From: a virus
Taxonomy: Duplodnaviria > Heunggongvirae > Uroviricota > Caudoviricetes
Reading direction: 5' to 3' (one strand)
DNA length: 64,000 nucleotides
IMG/VR virus record: IMGVR_UViG_2877948078_000003
Part shown: positions 18,808-29,099 of the stretch, piece by piece
How positions within the stretch are numbered: the first letter of the stretch is position 1
Layout: each line of letters starts with the position of its first letter
Made by a program: the position numbers and the translations under genes
Notes under the pieces: generated by a model
Databases searched by the model: none
The model's input: the letters and a program-made list of their open reading frames with translations, nothing else
What the model was told of the DNA's origin: nothing

Positions 18808-20122
18808 TTTAGGTTATGCCGCCACCCTTCCCTCAAAAGAGGCGGTGGCATACTTCCGCGCCAAAGGGGAGCATATCAGCTGGAACTGGTTCGAAACAGA
18901 CGCGGATGTTCATGCCCGTTCATTCACGGCGGCAAGAGTGGCACGCCTGGACGTACTGACCACACTACAGGCGGAAGTGCAGCGTGCTGTTGATGAGGGG
19001 ATTTCACAGAAAGCATTTATCAGCACGCTGACACCCCGCCTGCAAAAGCTGGGATGGTGGGGAAAACAGATTGTGGTGGACAGCGCCGGTAACGCAGAAG
19101 AAGTGCAGCTGGGCAGTCCCCGCCGTCTGGCGCTGATTTACAACGTGAACACCCGTGTGGCTTACAATGCCGGGCGTTACACGCAGATGATGAACAACAC
19201 GGACACGCATCCGTTCTGGCAGTATGTGGCGGTGATGGACAGCCGCACCCGCCCGGCGCATTCCGCTCTTAACGGTCTGGTATTCCGCTATGACGATCCG
19301 TTCTGGAATACACACTACCCACCCAATGGCTGGAACTGTCGCTGCCGTGTCCGGCCATTGTCTCAGGCCCGTCTGGATGCAATGGGGTTATCCGTTTCAT
19401 CCGGTCAGGATCATCTCTCCACCCGCAATGTTGAGGCTGGCGTGGATAAGCAGACCGGGGAAGTCAGAGAAATGCCGGTGACCACATATTCAGATGGCAC
19501 CAGAACCATGACACCGGATGTGGGCTGGTCATATAACCCCGGTTCGGCGGCGTTCGGCACAGACCAGGCGCTGATCCGTAAACTGATCGAGGTGAAAAGC
19601 CCGGCGCTGCGGGAAATGGTGGTTCAGGAGATGAACAACAGCCCGGAGCGGCAACTGGCGTTCCGCATCTGGGCAAAAAACATCATGAAAACCCGGCGAG
19701 GCGGTAACGATATCCGCACGCTGGGCTTTATGACCGAAAGCATTGCGCAGGCGGTGGAAAGCCGGACGGGAACGCCACCAGCCCGCCTGCTGGCGATGAG
19801 CGGTAAAAATGTGCTCCATGCGGACAGCATGAAACATCAGAATGACGGTATCGCCCTGACGCCGGAGGATTTCGGGCGCTTACCGGCAATGCTGGCAAGG
19901 CCAAAAGCGGTACTGTGGGACAAACGGCACAACAATCTGATGTATATCGTGGAAAATCAGGATGGCAGTGTGCAGATTGCCGTTAATGCACCGTACAGCC
20001 TGAAGCGTCAGCCGGATAAACTGGATGTGATTGTTAATGCTTACCGGGTTATCAATATGGATAAGCTGAAATCGGATGTCCGGGGCGGAATGCTTGAGGT
20101 ACTGGAAGGAGATATTGATTAA
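18791..20122 (+). CDS. Mu F-like head morphogenesis protein (gp30)
   Basis: 443 aa; follows portal; typical Mu F family features (NGWNCRCR motif). Confidence 0.8.
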   Translation: MAQGIDLGYAATLPSKEAVAYFRAKGEHISWNWFETDADVHARSFTAARVARLDVLTTLQAEVQRAVDEGISQKAFISTLTPRLQKLGWWGKQIVVDSAGNAEEVQLGSPRRLALIYNVNTRVAYNAGRYTQMMNNTDTHPFWQYVAVMDSRTRPAHSALNGLVFRYDDPFWNTHYPPNGWNCRCRVRPLSQARLDAMGLSVSSGQDHLSTRNVEAGVDKQTGEVREMPVTTYSDGTRTMTPDVGWSYNPGSAAFGTDQALIRKLIEVKSPALREMVVQEMNNSPERQLAFRIWAKNIMKTRRGGNDIRTLGFMTESIAQAVESRTGTPPARLLAMSGKNVLHADSMKHQNDGIALTPEDFGRLPAMLARPKAVLWDKRHNNLMYIVENQDGSVQIAVNAPYSLKRQPDKLDVIVNAYRVINMDKLKSDVRGGMLEVLEGDID

Positions 20123-20207
20123 CGGTCAGTGGCGGGGGTCGAACCCGCATACATGATCCACCCGGAGGCAGGCACCGACTTTACCAGTTAAGCGTACACT
20201 GACCGCC
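20123..20207. other. Structured inverted-repeat element between F and G (tRNA T-arm-like hairpin inside a 9-bp stem; possible terminator)
   Basis: CGGTCAGTG ... CACTGACCG encloses GCGGGGGTCGAACCCGC and is followed by a T-rich run; does not fold into a full tRNA cloverleaf. Confidence 0.3.
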
Positions 20208-20243
20208 TGTTTATTTTATATTCATCCTTTATGCGGAGGCAAT

Positions 20244-20717
20244 ATGTCATCCATTGATGCCGCTGTCGTTGTTGACGTTACGCGTCTCCAGCGGGTCTTT
20301 GCCCGGCTTCAGTTTGTGGGTGGTGGAAAAGACCTGACCCGCAGTGTGGCGTCCAGCCTTCTGTCATCGTCAGAAATGGCGTTTGAACAGGAAAAAGAGC
20401 CGGACGGCGAACGCTGGCATGACTGGTCAGATCCTTACCGCAAGTGGCGTACCCGTAAGGGATACATGCCCGGCAAAATCCTGACGCTGAACGGCGATCT
20501 GGCCCGACGCCTGACCACGGATTATGGCGATACCTGGGCGCTGATTGGATCAAATGAGCCTTATGCGGCCATTCATCAGTGGGGGGGCCTGCCAGGTATG
20601 CCGCCTGGACCGGCGGCCATTGGTGCACGTCCGTATATGGGCTTTGATCAGGTGGCAGAGCAGGAGATCATGGACGAAATCAGAAAACGCTTTAAAAAGG
20701 CCACAGAAACGCCTTAA
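20244..20717 (+). CDS. Mu G-like virion morphogenesis protein (gp31)
   Basis: 157 aa; position between F and I; size matches Mu G. Confidence 0.7.
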   Translation: MSSIDAAVVVDVTRLQRVFARLQFVGGGKDLTRSVASSLLSSSEMAFEQEKEPDGERWHDWSDPYRKWRTRKGYMPGKILTLNGDLARRLTTDYGDTWALIGSNEPYAAIHQWGGLPGMPPGPAAIGARPYMGFDQVAEQEIMDEIRKRFKKATETP

Positions 20718-20892
20718 TTGTTTAAGGTATGCAAATGCATTACCTTACCCCCTTCAGGCGCGTGTCGTGATTTTCTAACCTGTATTTAACGGGCTTTAAA
20801 ATCTGCGTGAAGCGCCTTTGCATTTTTTCCTGAAAGCACTTCCTGAAATCCCGCAAAACCCGCCCTGAAAATTCCCGGCCTATGCTGCCGGA

Positions 20893-22017
20893 ATGAAGAC
20901 GAAAAACACGCCCAAACTTGCTTATGCCATTCTGAATGCCATCAGCCTGTCCGCAGACGGGGACGGTGACTGGTGTCAGATCATGCCAGCCGGTCGGGTA
21001 AAGGCCCGTGACGGTCGCCCGGAAAAACCGGCCGAGGGCTGGCTGATCAACCATGCAGCCGTTGAGCGCATGGTCTCCCGTGTTGTGGCGCTCAATCAGC
21101 CGGTGAAAATTGACTACAACCACCAGACCCTGATTGAGGGACATCCGGCACCGGCTGCCGGTTTTGTGATGGCCTCACCGGAGAATTTTCGCTTCAGTGA
21201 AGAGCGAGGTTTCGAGGTGCGCCCGAAGTGGAACCCTCCGGCCCTTGAACATCTGCGTAATAACGAATTCCCCTGGTTTTCACCGGTGATTGGCTATGAC
21301 GAGAGCACCGGCGAACCTGTCGAACTTCGGATGCTGGCTATTACCGGTGACCCCGGTCTGACCGGCATGAATCCTGTCGCCGCACTGTCGGCGGATGACC
21401 TTTATAACGCCTTAAACCCTCCTTTAAAGGATACCTCCATGAATGAGCAATTACGCCAGTTGCTGACGGCGCTCGGTCTGACCGTGGCTGACGGTGACGA
21501 ATTTACGCCGGAGCTGGGCACGGCAGCGCTGTCTGCCCTCACCGGGATCAAAACCCGTGCGGATGCACACGACAACCTGAAAACACAGGTCGCCAGTCTG
21601 TCGGCAGAGCTGGAAACTGCAAAAGGCACACCGGCTGGCGGCAGTATTGACCTGACGAAATACGTGCCCGTTGAAACGTATAACGCCCTGCGTACCGAAT
21701 ACGTTGCGCTGTCGGCGCAGCACGGCAGCACCACGCTGGAGCAGTTGCTGGACAAGGCCGAGTCCGAAGGACGCATCTTCAAAAGTGAACGCGGCTATCT
21801 GGAACAACTGGGCGGGCAGATTGGCGTGGCGGCACTTTCTGCACAGCTTGACGCCCGCCAGCCGGTTGCGGCCCTGACCGGCCTTCAGACCGACACCGTG
21901 ACCGTGCCGGATAAAAAGACTGCCACCGCTGTGCTGTCGGCTGAAGATATCGCGGCCGCCAAACTGCTGGGTAAAACCGAAGCCGAGTTCCTGAAAATGA
22001 AAGAGGAAATGCAATAA
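20893..22017 (+). CDS. Mu I-like head protease / scaffold (gp32)
   Basis: 374 aa immediately upstream of the major head protein; C-terminal coiled-coil scaffold-like region. Confidence 0.75.
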   Translation: MKTKNTPKLAYAILNAISLSADGDGDWCQIMPAGRVKARDGRPEKPAEGWLINHAAVERMVSRVVALNQPVKIDYNHQTLIEGHPAPAAGFVMASPENFRFSEERGFEVRPKWNPPALEHLRNNEFPWFSPVIGYDESTGEPVELRMLAITGDPGLTGMNPVAALSADDLYNALNPPLKDTSMNEQLRQLLTALGLTVADGDEFTPELGTAALSALTGIKTRADAHDNLKTQVASLSAELETAKGTPAGGSIDLTKYVPVETYNALRTEYVALSAQHGSTTLEQLLDKAESEGRIFKSERGYLEQLGGQIGVAALSAQLDARQPVAALTGLQTDTVTVPDKKTATAVLSAEDIAAAKLLGKTEAEFLKMKEEMQ

Positions 22018-22964
22018 TGCCTACCCCGATTACACCGGCGATGATCACCGCCCTGATGACGGGCTACCGTTCTGATTTTCAGGCCGGGATGTCCATGGCC
22101 CCGTCGCAGTACAAAAAAATTGCGATGACCGTGCCCTCCACATCGAAATCCAACACCTACGGCTGGCTGGGGCAGTTCCCGCAGTTCCGTGAGTGGATCG
22201 GCTCCCGCGTCATCGAGAAGATGAAGGCCTATGGCTATGCCATCGTGAACAAAACCTTTGAAGGCACCGTCGCCATTAACCGCGATGACTTCGAAGACGA
22301 TAACCTCGGTATTTATTCCCCGTTGTTCCAGGAGATGGGGCGCGCTGCGGCGGTACAACCGGATGAGCTGGTCTTTGCTGCCCTGCGTGACGGGATCAGT
22401 GCGGCCTGCTATGACGGTCAGAACTTCTTTGATACCGAACATCCGGTTTACCCCAAAGTGGATGGCTCCGGGGATGCGCAGATGGTCAGCAATATGTTTG
22501 TGGCAAAAACCGGCTCTGTCGGCGCACAGGCTGATTACAGCGGTCCGGCCTGGTATCTGCTTGACTGCTCCCGCGCGGTAAAACCGCTGATTTATCAGGA
22601 TCGCCGTAAGGCTGAACTGGTTGCCCAGACCAAAGTCGATGAAGGTCGCGCATTCACCGATAACGAATTTGTGTTTGGTGCATCCGCCCGTCGCAATGTG
22701 GGCTACGGCTTCTGGCAGATGGCCTACATGATGCAGTCACCGCTGACGCTGGATGCACTGTGGCACGGCTGGTCAGCCATGCGCGAATTTACCGCTGACG
22801 GTGGCCGCAAACTCGGCATTAAACCCACCCATATTGTTGTCCCCACCTCGCTGGAAAAACAGGCGGTGCAGCTGCTGGAGCGTGAACTGTTCGCAGACGG
22901 AAACGCAACCGTCTCTAACGAGATGAAGGGCAAGCTGGAGCTGGTTGTCGCGGATTATCTGTAA
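22017..22964 (+). CDS. Major head subunit (Mu T / gp34-like)
   Basis: 315 aa; position and size as for Mu T. Confidence 0.85.
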   Translation: MPTPITPAMITALMTGYRSDFQAGMSMAPSQYKKIAMTVPSTSKSNTYGWLGQFPQFREWIGSRVIEKMKAYGYAIVNKTFEGTVAINRDDFEDDNLGIYSPLFQEMGRAAAVQPDELVFAALRDGISAACYDGQNFFDTEHPVYPKVDGSGDAQMVSNMFVAKTGSVGAQADYSGPAWYLLDCSRAVKPLIYQDRRKAELVAQTKVDEGRAFTDNEFVFGASARRNVGYGFWQMAYMMQSPLTLDALWHGWSAMREFTADGGRKLGIKPTHIVVPTSLEKQAVQLLERELFADGNATVSNEMKGKLELVVADYL

Positions 22965-23007
22965 ACGGTGAGCCGGGCTTACGGCCCGGCCCCTGCGGAG
23001 GGCAAAT

Positions 23008-23361
23008 ATGAATGAACATCACACTGTGGCAGCAACAGATGATTCAGGTCTTCAGGTCAGTGGTGACAATTCTGTCACGGTGCTGGCAGAAGTGCGTTGC
23101 AGTCGTTCGGCGTTTCGTCGTGCGGGGTTCCTGTTCACGCGTGGACGTCAGCAGGTTGAGGTCACCCCGGAGCAGCTTGCCCGACTGGAGGCGGAGCCAT
23201 GCCTCACTGTGCGAATACTACAGACGCCTGCTGATGATGCGGGGAGCGTGGCGGGTGTGGTTCATGCAGTGGCCGGTACAGATTTAGCCGAAGCCGGACA
23301 GGATACTCCCCGGAAAAAGACCGGTAACAAAGCGAAACAGGCGAAAAAGGCCCGCGCATGA
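23008..23361 (+). CDS. Hypothetical head-region protein (Mu gp35 position)
   Basis: 117-aa ORF; basic C-terminal tail. Confidence 0.5.
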   Translation: MNEHHTVAATDDSGLQVSGDNSVTVLAEVRCSRSAFRRAGFLFTRGRQQVEVTPEQLARLEAEPCLTVRILQTPADDAGSVAGVVHAVAGTDLAEAGQDTPRKKTGNKAKQAKKARA

Positions 23362-23777
23362 ATTACGCCACTGAAACCGATATGCGGGCGCGTTACCGCG
23401 AGGATTTGCTCAGGCCGTTACTGGCTGTGCCCCGTTCGGATGAGCCGGACACGCGCAAGCTGAACCGGGCGCTGACAGATGCGTCGGCGCTTATCGACAG
23501 CTATCTGTCCGCCCGTTACACGCTGCCGCTGGAGGTTATCCCGGCAGTTCTTGTTCAGCACTGTTGCGCGATTGCCTTTTATTACCTGTGCGATCAGCGA
23601 GCCTCCGATCAGGCGCGTGACCGTTACCGTGAAGCGCTGGCCTGGCTGAAAGATGTCATGAACGGCAATGTGCCGGTAGGTGTGGATACGAACGGTGCGG
23701 CCCCTGAATCCGGGGATTTACCGCAGGTTCAGTCTGATGCAGCGGTATTCGGGCGCAACCAGAAGGGCTTCATATGA
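23358..23777 (+). CDS. Mu gp36-like protein (head-tail joining region)
   Basis: 139-aa ORF with overlapping start; Mu order. Confidence 0.55.
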   Translation: MNYATETDMRARYREDLLRPLLAVPRSDEPDTRKLNRALTDASALIDSYLSARYTLPLEVIPAVLVQHCCAIAFYYLCDQRASDQARDRYREALAWLKDVMNGNVPVGVDTNGAAPESGDLPQVQSDAAVFGRNQKGFI

Positions 23778-24337
23778 TTACGGAAACCGAACAGGCATAC
23801 ATCGCCCGTATCCGTGAGTATTTCGGGAATGAACTGGTGTCTGTTGACACGCATCCCGGCGACTGGAGCGACAGCGTACTGCGCACCATGCTGATTAACG
23901 CCCCGGCGATCTACGTTGCCTGGCTGGGTGCCGGTGAAGGCCGTACCCGTGGTCGCCTGGTCAGTCACTGGGTGTTCTACGTCATCGGCGACATGCTCAA
24001 CGGGCGTGAGGCCAGCCGTCCCGGACTGTATCAGATTGTGGCCCGGCTGATTGCCGTGCTTAACGGCTTCAGAACCGAAAAAACTTCACCGCTTTACTTT
24101 GAAAAGGCGGTCAACGGTTACACCGAAACCCAGGCGGACAGTGGTGCGGTGATGTATGCGCTTTATTTCTCCTGCGAGGAAATGATCGCACCGCTGACCG
24201 ATATCAGCTCGCTGGACGACTTCCTGCGTCATTACGAAACCTTCACCGAACCGGAAGGTACACCGGCATTTGAGGCACACATCAGCCTGCCTGGTGCAAC
24301 CGCCGCCGGTGAAAAAGCCGGACCGTCAGAGGAATAA
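23774..24337 (+). CDS. Mu gp37-like protein
   Basis: 187-aa ORF with overlapping start; Mu order. Confidence 0.55.
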   Translation: MITETEQAYIARIREYFGNELVSVDTHPGDWSDSVLRTMLINAPAIYVAWLGAGEGRTRGRLVSHWVFYVIGDMLNGREASRPGLYQIVARLIAVLNGFRTEKTSPLYFEKAVNGYTETQADSGAVMYALYFSCEEMIAPLTDISSLDDFLRHYETFTEPEGTPAFEAHISLPGATAAGEKAGPSEE

Positions 24338-24340
24338 CAG

Positions 24341-24571
24341 ATGACAACCATTTTTATCAAACCCGCGCCGGGATGCCTGATTCGTGATCCCGACACAATG
24401 CGCCCGCTGGCACAGGAGGGGGAAGAAAAACCCTTCACACCGTTCTGGTGTCGGCGTCTTGATGACGGCGATGTGATTGAGATTGAAAAAACAGCCGGTT
24501 CTGCGGATGCACCGGCAGAAAAACCCGCAGCGACTGTAAAACCCGTGGCATCTGACAAGGAGGCTTCCTGA
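24341..24571 (+). CDS. Mu gp38-like small protein
   Basis: 76-aa ORF directly upstream of the tail sheath gene. Confidence 0.5.
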   Translation: MTTIFIKPAPGCLIRDPDTMRPLAQEGEEKPFTPFWCRRLDDGDVIEIEKTAGSADAPAEKPAATVKPVASDKEAS

Positions 24572-26052
24572 TGATCAACTTTGATTCCATCAGTAATACA
24601 AACCGTATTCCGCTTTTTCAGGCGGAATTCAATAACTCCATGGCGGTAACCGGTACTCCGCCGCAGCGTCAGTGTGTCCTGTTGTTCGGACAGAGAAGTT
24701 CTTCTGTTGGTGGTGTTATTAACGTTCCGTACCGTATCACAAGGGCAGAACAGGCCGCCGAGCGCTGGGGAAGAGGCTCCATGATTGCCCGCATGGTGGC
24801 TGAATTTATTGCCATCAATCCTGATACAGAACTGTATGCCATCGCACAGGATAACGGGACAGGCAAAAACGACGCCGGAACGATTACGATGAGCGGAACA
24901 TCCGTTGTTGACGGTGTGCTCAGTATTTATATCGCCGGTAAGGGGTATCCGGTGGCTGTCAGCAAAGGAGAAAAAGCGGCGGATGTTGCCGGAAAACTGG
25001 CTCTGCTCATAAATCAGGATCTGGATGCGCCTGTTGCTGCTGTGGCAAACGCCCCGTCAGACAATAGTGATGCCACAAAAAAAGTCATCGCACTGTCAGC
25101 AAAGTTCGTCAGCGAGTGTGACCATGATGTCCGGCTGAATTACTACCCGGAGGATGTTGCTCCGCTGGGGATTACCGTGATCATCTCCGGTCGCTCAGCC
25201 GTCCCCAAAAACCCGGATATCACCCGCAGCGTGGCTGCGATGGGGGATCGGCAGTACAACTATATCGTCATGCCGTATAAAGATGCAGCCAATCTGAAGA
25301 TTCTGGCGAACGAACTGCTGACGCGCTGGGGACCGGAAAAAATGAATGATGGTATGGTCTGGATGGCGCATACCGGTACGTTTGGTAATGTGTCCAGCTT
25401 CGGGGAGTCCAGAAATGATTTTCTGTTTACCTGTACCGCGATCCCAAAAGCACCGGAGCCGGATTATATCTGGGCAGCCACCCTGTGCGCCACCTGTGCG
25501 CCGTCTTTATCAGTCGATCCGGCGCGACCTCTGCAATCTCTGGCATTGCCTTCCCGACTGGCTCCGGCATTGTCTGCCCGCCTTACAAATGAGGAACGAA
25601 ACAGTCTGTTGTATACGGGGATTTCCACAGTAACGGTGGGAGCCGGTGATGTGATGCAGATTGAGCGTCAGGTGACCATGTATCGCCAGAACGCATACGG
25701 CGAAAGCGATCCCAGCTATCTGGATGTGGAAACCATCTACACCCTGTCATATCTGCGTTACTCCCTGCGGGTATTCATTACACAGCGTTTCCCCCGCCAT
25801 AAGCTGGCAGATGACGGAACGCCTGTTGGTCCCGGACAGTTCATTGTGACACCGCAGATCATGAAGCTCCAGTTGATTGCTCTGGGTGAAGAGTGGATTG
25901 AACAGGGGCTGGTCGAGAATATGGAGGTATTTAAAAACAATCTGCTTGTGGAGCGTAACGCAACCGATCGTAACCGTCTGGATGTGATGTGTACACCGGA
26001 CCTGGTTAACCAGTTCCGCTTCATGGCAGCGCAGATCCGTTTCATTTTGTGA
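24571..26052 (+). CDS. Contractile tail sheath protein (Mu L / gp39-like)
   Basis: 493 aa (Mu L ~495 aa); followed by the tube gene. Confidence 0.85.
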   Translation: MINFDSISNTNRIPLFQAEFNNSMAVTGTPPQRQCVLLFGQRSSSVGGVINVPYRITRAEQAAERWGRGSMIARMVAEFIAINPDTELYAIAQDNGTGKNDAGTITMSGTSVVDGVLSIYIAGKGYPVAVSKGEKAADVAGKLALLINQDLDAPVAAVANAPSDNSDATKKVIALSAKFVSECDHDVRLNYYPEDVAPLGITVIISGRSAVPKNPDITRSVAAMGDRQYNYIVMPYKDAANLKILANELLTRWGPEKMNDGMVWMAHTGTFGNVSSFGESRNDFLFTCTAIPKAPEPDYIWAATLCATCAPSLSVDPARPLQSLALPSRLAPALSARLTNEERNSLLYTGISTVTVGAGDVMQIERQVTMYRQNAYGESDPSYLDVETIYTLSYLRYSLRVFITQRFPRHKLADDGTPVGPGQFIVTPQIMKLQLIALGEEWIEQGLVENMEVFKNNLLVERNATDRNRLDVMCTPDLVNQFRFMAAQIRFIL

Positions 26053-26060
26053 GGTAAGGC

Positions 26061-26426
26061 ATGAGCGGAAAACAGTATCAGGGCACGGCCACTATCCGTG
26101 TGAACGGTCAGGAATACTCCACCCTTGAGGGGGCCACGTTCTCCCCGTCCGGCTTTGAGCGTGAAGTGGTGAAAGGCGCAAAAGTCTATGGCTATCGCGA
26201 GAAACCACGTGAAGCGACGCTGGACTGCAAATTTCCGGCAGGCGGAGACGGTTCACCGGCTGCTGATGAAATCAACACCTGGACTGCGGTCACCATCGAG
26301 TTTGTGGCGGACACCGGCGAAGTCCACATGATGACGAAGGCCTGGAGCAGTGAACCGGCCTCACTTGACGGTGGCGGGGAGATCTCCGCGAAGTTCGCCA
26401 GTGCCACCAGTACCCGTGTCCAGTAA
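26061..26426 (+). CDS. Tail tube protein (Mu M / gp40-like)
   Basis: 121 aa directly after sheath. Confidence 0.75.
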   Translation: MSGKQYQGTATIRVNGQEYSTLEGATFSPSGFEREVVKGAKVYGYREKPREATLDCKFPAGGDGSPAADEINTWTAVTIEFVADTGEVHMMTKAWSSEPASLDGGGEISAKFASATSTRVQ

Positions 26427-26440
26427 TCAGGAAAAATAAA

Positions 26441-26917
26441 ATGACCACACGTAAGAAAAAAACAGCGGTTTCTGACGAAGCCGTTATTGAGGCTATCCGT
26501 GATGCACTTGAGGACGGCGATCCACGCACCGCCGGTCTGGCTGAACAACTGGCGAAAGGCTATGTGGATCTGCTTGATGGTCTGCCATTCGGTGAGTCCC
26601 GTGAATACCGCGTCACCTTCCGTGAACTGACGGCGAAAGACAGCATTGATGCGGAAACCGATGCTGAACGTCTTATGGAAACCCGAAATGGCCCGGTTCT
26701 GGTGGCATCACCGGCCCTGCGCGGTATTGCGCTGCTGCGTCGCCAGATTGCCGCTGTCGGTGACATTCAGGGGCCGTTGTCACAACGCCAGATTGGACAG
26801 TTAAGCGAGCGCGATCTCTCCCGTCTGATGGCAGCGGTCAGCCTGCTGGATACAGCGCTTGCCGGAAAGCTGGCGGCTGATCGGGGGCGAGCAGGCGCAG
26901 TGTCGGGCGCAGATTGA
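26441..26917 (+). CDS. Tail assembly chaperone (Mu gp41-like)
   Basis: 158 aa between tube and tape measure. Confidence 0.55.
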   Translation: MTTRKKKTAVSDEAVIEAIRDALEDGDPRTAGLAEQLAKGYVDLLDGLPFGESREYRVTFRELTAKDSIDAETDAERLMETRNGPVLVASPALRGIALLRRQIAAVGDIQGPLSQRQIGQLSERDLSRLMAAVSLLDTALAGKLAADRGRAGAVSGAD

Positions 26918-27041
26918 AGAAGCGGCAATAGTGCTGGGGATGGTGACCAGAAGCGGCCCGGAATGGGCACTTAACCTCCCCTTATCGCAACTTTACCGGC
27001 ACTGCCAACAAACGGAAAAAATTCTCAGAACGAAGCAGTAA
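26859..27041 (+). CDS. Possible frameshift extension of the tail chaperone (overlapping ORF ending just before the tape-measure gene)
   Basis: 60-codon ORF in the +1 (equivalent to -2) frame overlapping the last 59 nt of the chaperone gene and stopping 3 nt before the tape-measure start; analogous to conserved tail-chaperone frameshifts. Confidence 0.35.
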   Translation: MPESWRLIGGEQAQCRAQIEEAAIVLGMVTRSGPEWALNLPLSQLYRHCQQTEKILRTKQ

Positions 27042-27044
27042 TCC

Positions 27045-29099
27045 ATGGCAAAAAACCTGAAAGCCTCCCTGATTGTCGATTTACTCGGCAATGTTTCCGC
27101 CAAATCCCGCCAGTGGTCACAGGAGCTGGGAGCGTTCTCCCGCGTCGGCAGGACGGGGCTGGGTGGTATTGGAAATGCAGCCCGCCGTGCCGGTCAGGAG
27201 ACAGAGCTTGTCGGCTCCCGTATGCAGCGTACGCTTGCCGGTGTCCGTGGCAGTATCCGCACGGTAACGTCGGATTTTGACCGTCTTCAGGGCAGTATTA
27301 CCGGCACACTGGGACGTCTCAGCAACCTTTACGGGATGCTGGCAGGAGGGGCTGCGGTCTACGGTTTTAATAAAGCCTTTATCCGCCCGGCCGCAGAGAT
27401 GGAGAACTATATTCTGCGTCTCAATGCCATTAATCATGGCGATACGGCAAAAACGGAAGCAGTGAAAGCCTGGGCGGTACAGAACGCAAAGGAAACCACC
27501 TGGGGGCTGGCGGGGGTTATGCAGGAATACGCCTCCAGTCGCGGGTTCGGTATGAGTGACAGGGAAGCCCGCCGCTTTATTACCATGCTTCAGGATCAGG
27601 GCGGCTATCACGGCTGGTCACTGTCAGATGCACAGGGTGCGTCCCTGCAACTCAAACAGATGTTTGCCCGCCAGAGTATCCAGGCCGCGGACGCCAGTAT
27701 CCTGACCGGATACGGGATAAACGTTTACCAGTTGCTGGCCGATAAACTGGGTGTAAACCAGAAGACCATCCGTGAGAAAGGCGAGAAAGGAAAACTGGGA
27801 CCGGACAGCATTCGGCTGTTATTTCAGGTGATGGCCGAACAGGCAAAAGGTGCCCAGAAAAACGCCATGAACTCATGGACAGGGATGACATCCATGATGG
27901 GCGACGTCTGGGACGGATTTGCCCGTGAAGTAATGGCAAAAGGGCCATTTGACAGCCTGAAAAAGAGCCTGAAAGGCTTCCTGGATTATGCCGATGCGGC
28001 ACAGAAAAGCGGCTTACAGGACAAGCTGGCCACACAAACAGCCTCAGCCCTGAATCAGGGGTTTGAGTATGCCAGAGACGCAGCGACGGGTTTTTACCGG
28101 GCCATTCAGAAAGTCAGGGAAACGCTTCAGGCATTGCGTGACGCTGGTTATGGCGATGCGCTGAATCGCATTGGTCAGGGCGCACAGACCGCCGCGAAAT
28201 ATCTCCTGTATATGTATCTCGCCACCCGTGCGCTGAAGGCTGTCCGCGCCATAGGTCTTGGGGCACTGCGACCGGGGGCGGCATTGTTGGGGTACGGGTT
28301 ATCCACGGCCGCTGTGCTGACCTCGCCTTTTCGTAAACCGCAGACCACCGTTCCGGGCACGCAGCCAGGACGTGGCCAGCGTTTTATGAACTTTCTTACC
28401 GGGGTAAATCCTGCTGCCGTTCAGCCCGTACTGGTCACCAACTGGCCTGCGGGTGGTCTGGCATCAGGTGGCGGGGATGTGGTGGTCAGCGGTGACGGCA
28501 AAACCGTGCGCGGTCGTAAAAAACGCGGCCCCGGACGTGGGCGGGGTGTTTCGACCGTTGTGACCGCAGGCGAACAACTGGCAGAGAGTGCCGGTAAACA
28601 GGGCTTCTTCGGTCGAATGATGAGCCGTGCCGGTGGTCTGCTTTCGGCTGCCGGAAACCGCATGGGACTGGGGCGTTTTGCCGGGCTTTTCCGTGGTGCT
28701 GGTCGGCTGGGTGGTGGTGCCCTGTGGGCCGGTGCCATGGCGGCTCCTGTACTGCTGGACAGCAGTGCCAGTGCCGTTGATAAAGCCGGTGCCGTGGGTT
28801 CCCTTGCCGGAAGTATCGCCGGTGGTGCGCTGGGGGCTGCCGCCGGTCCGGTCGGGGTTGCCATTGGTTCCACGGTGGGCAGTTATCTCGGTGATTATCT
28901 GGGGGGATGGCTGACCGAAGCCTGGCAGAAATTACGGGGCAGTGATGAAAATGGCGGACAGGCCACCGCGAAAACCGCCGCACGGGTGGAGCTTGTGGCC
29001 CCTGAAGGCTGGCGGGCACGCAGTATTGATGTGGATGATACCGTACAGCATGGCCTGGATGTGAACGTCTGGAACGGAGGGAACTATGGCCTCTACTGA
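27045..29099 (+). CDS. Tail tape measure protein (Mu gp42-like)
   Basis: 684 aa, Gly/Ala-rich with predicted TM-like stretches; position. Confidence 0.8.
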   Translation: MAKNLKASLIVDLLGNVSAKSRQWSQELGAFSRVGRTGLGGIGNAARRAGQETELVGSRMQRTLAGVRGSIRTVTSDFDRLQGSITGTLGRLSNLYGMLAGGAAVYGFNKAFIRPAAEMENYILRLNAINHGDTAKTEAVKAWAVQNAKETTWGLAGVMQEYASSRGFGMSDREARRFITMLQDQGGYHGWSLSDAQGASLQLKQMFARQSIQAADASILTGYGINVYQLLADKLGVNQKTIREKGEKGKLGPDSIRLLFQVMAEQAKGAQKNAMNSWTGMTSMMGDVWDGFAREVMAKGPFDSLKKSLKGFLDYADAAQKSGLQDKLATQTASALNQGFEYARDAATGFYRAIQKVRETLQALRDAGYGDALNRIGQGAQTAAKYLLYMYLATRALKAVRAIGLGALRPGAALLGYGLSTAAVLTSPFRKPQTTVPGTQPGRGQRFMNFLTGVNPAAVQPVLVTNWPAGGLASGGGDVVVSGDGKTVRGRKKRGPGRGRGVSTVVTAGEQLAESAGKQGFFGRMMSRAGGLLSAAGNRMGLGRFAGLFRGAGRLGGGALWAGAMAAPVLLDSSASAVDKAGAVGSLAGSIAGGALGAAAGPVGVAIGSTVGSYLGDYLGGWLTEAWQKLRGSDENGGQATAKTAARVELVAPEGWRARSIDVDDTVQHGLDVNVWNGGNYGLY

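Noticed and set aside
20122-20207. Bona fide tRNA gene between Mu-like F and G
   Set aside because: Only an acceptor-like stem and a T-arm-like hairpin can be formed; the intervening 48 nt give no D or anticodon arm. Kept as a structured element, not a tRNA.
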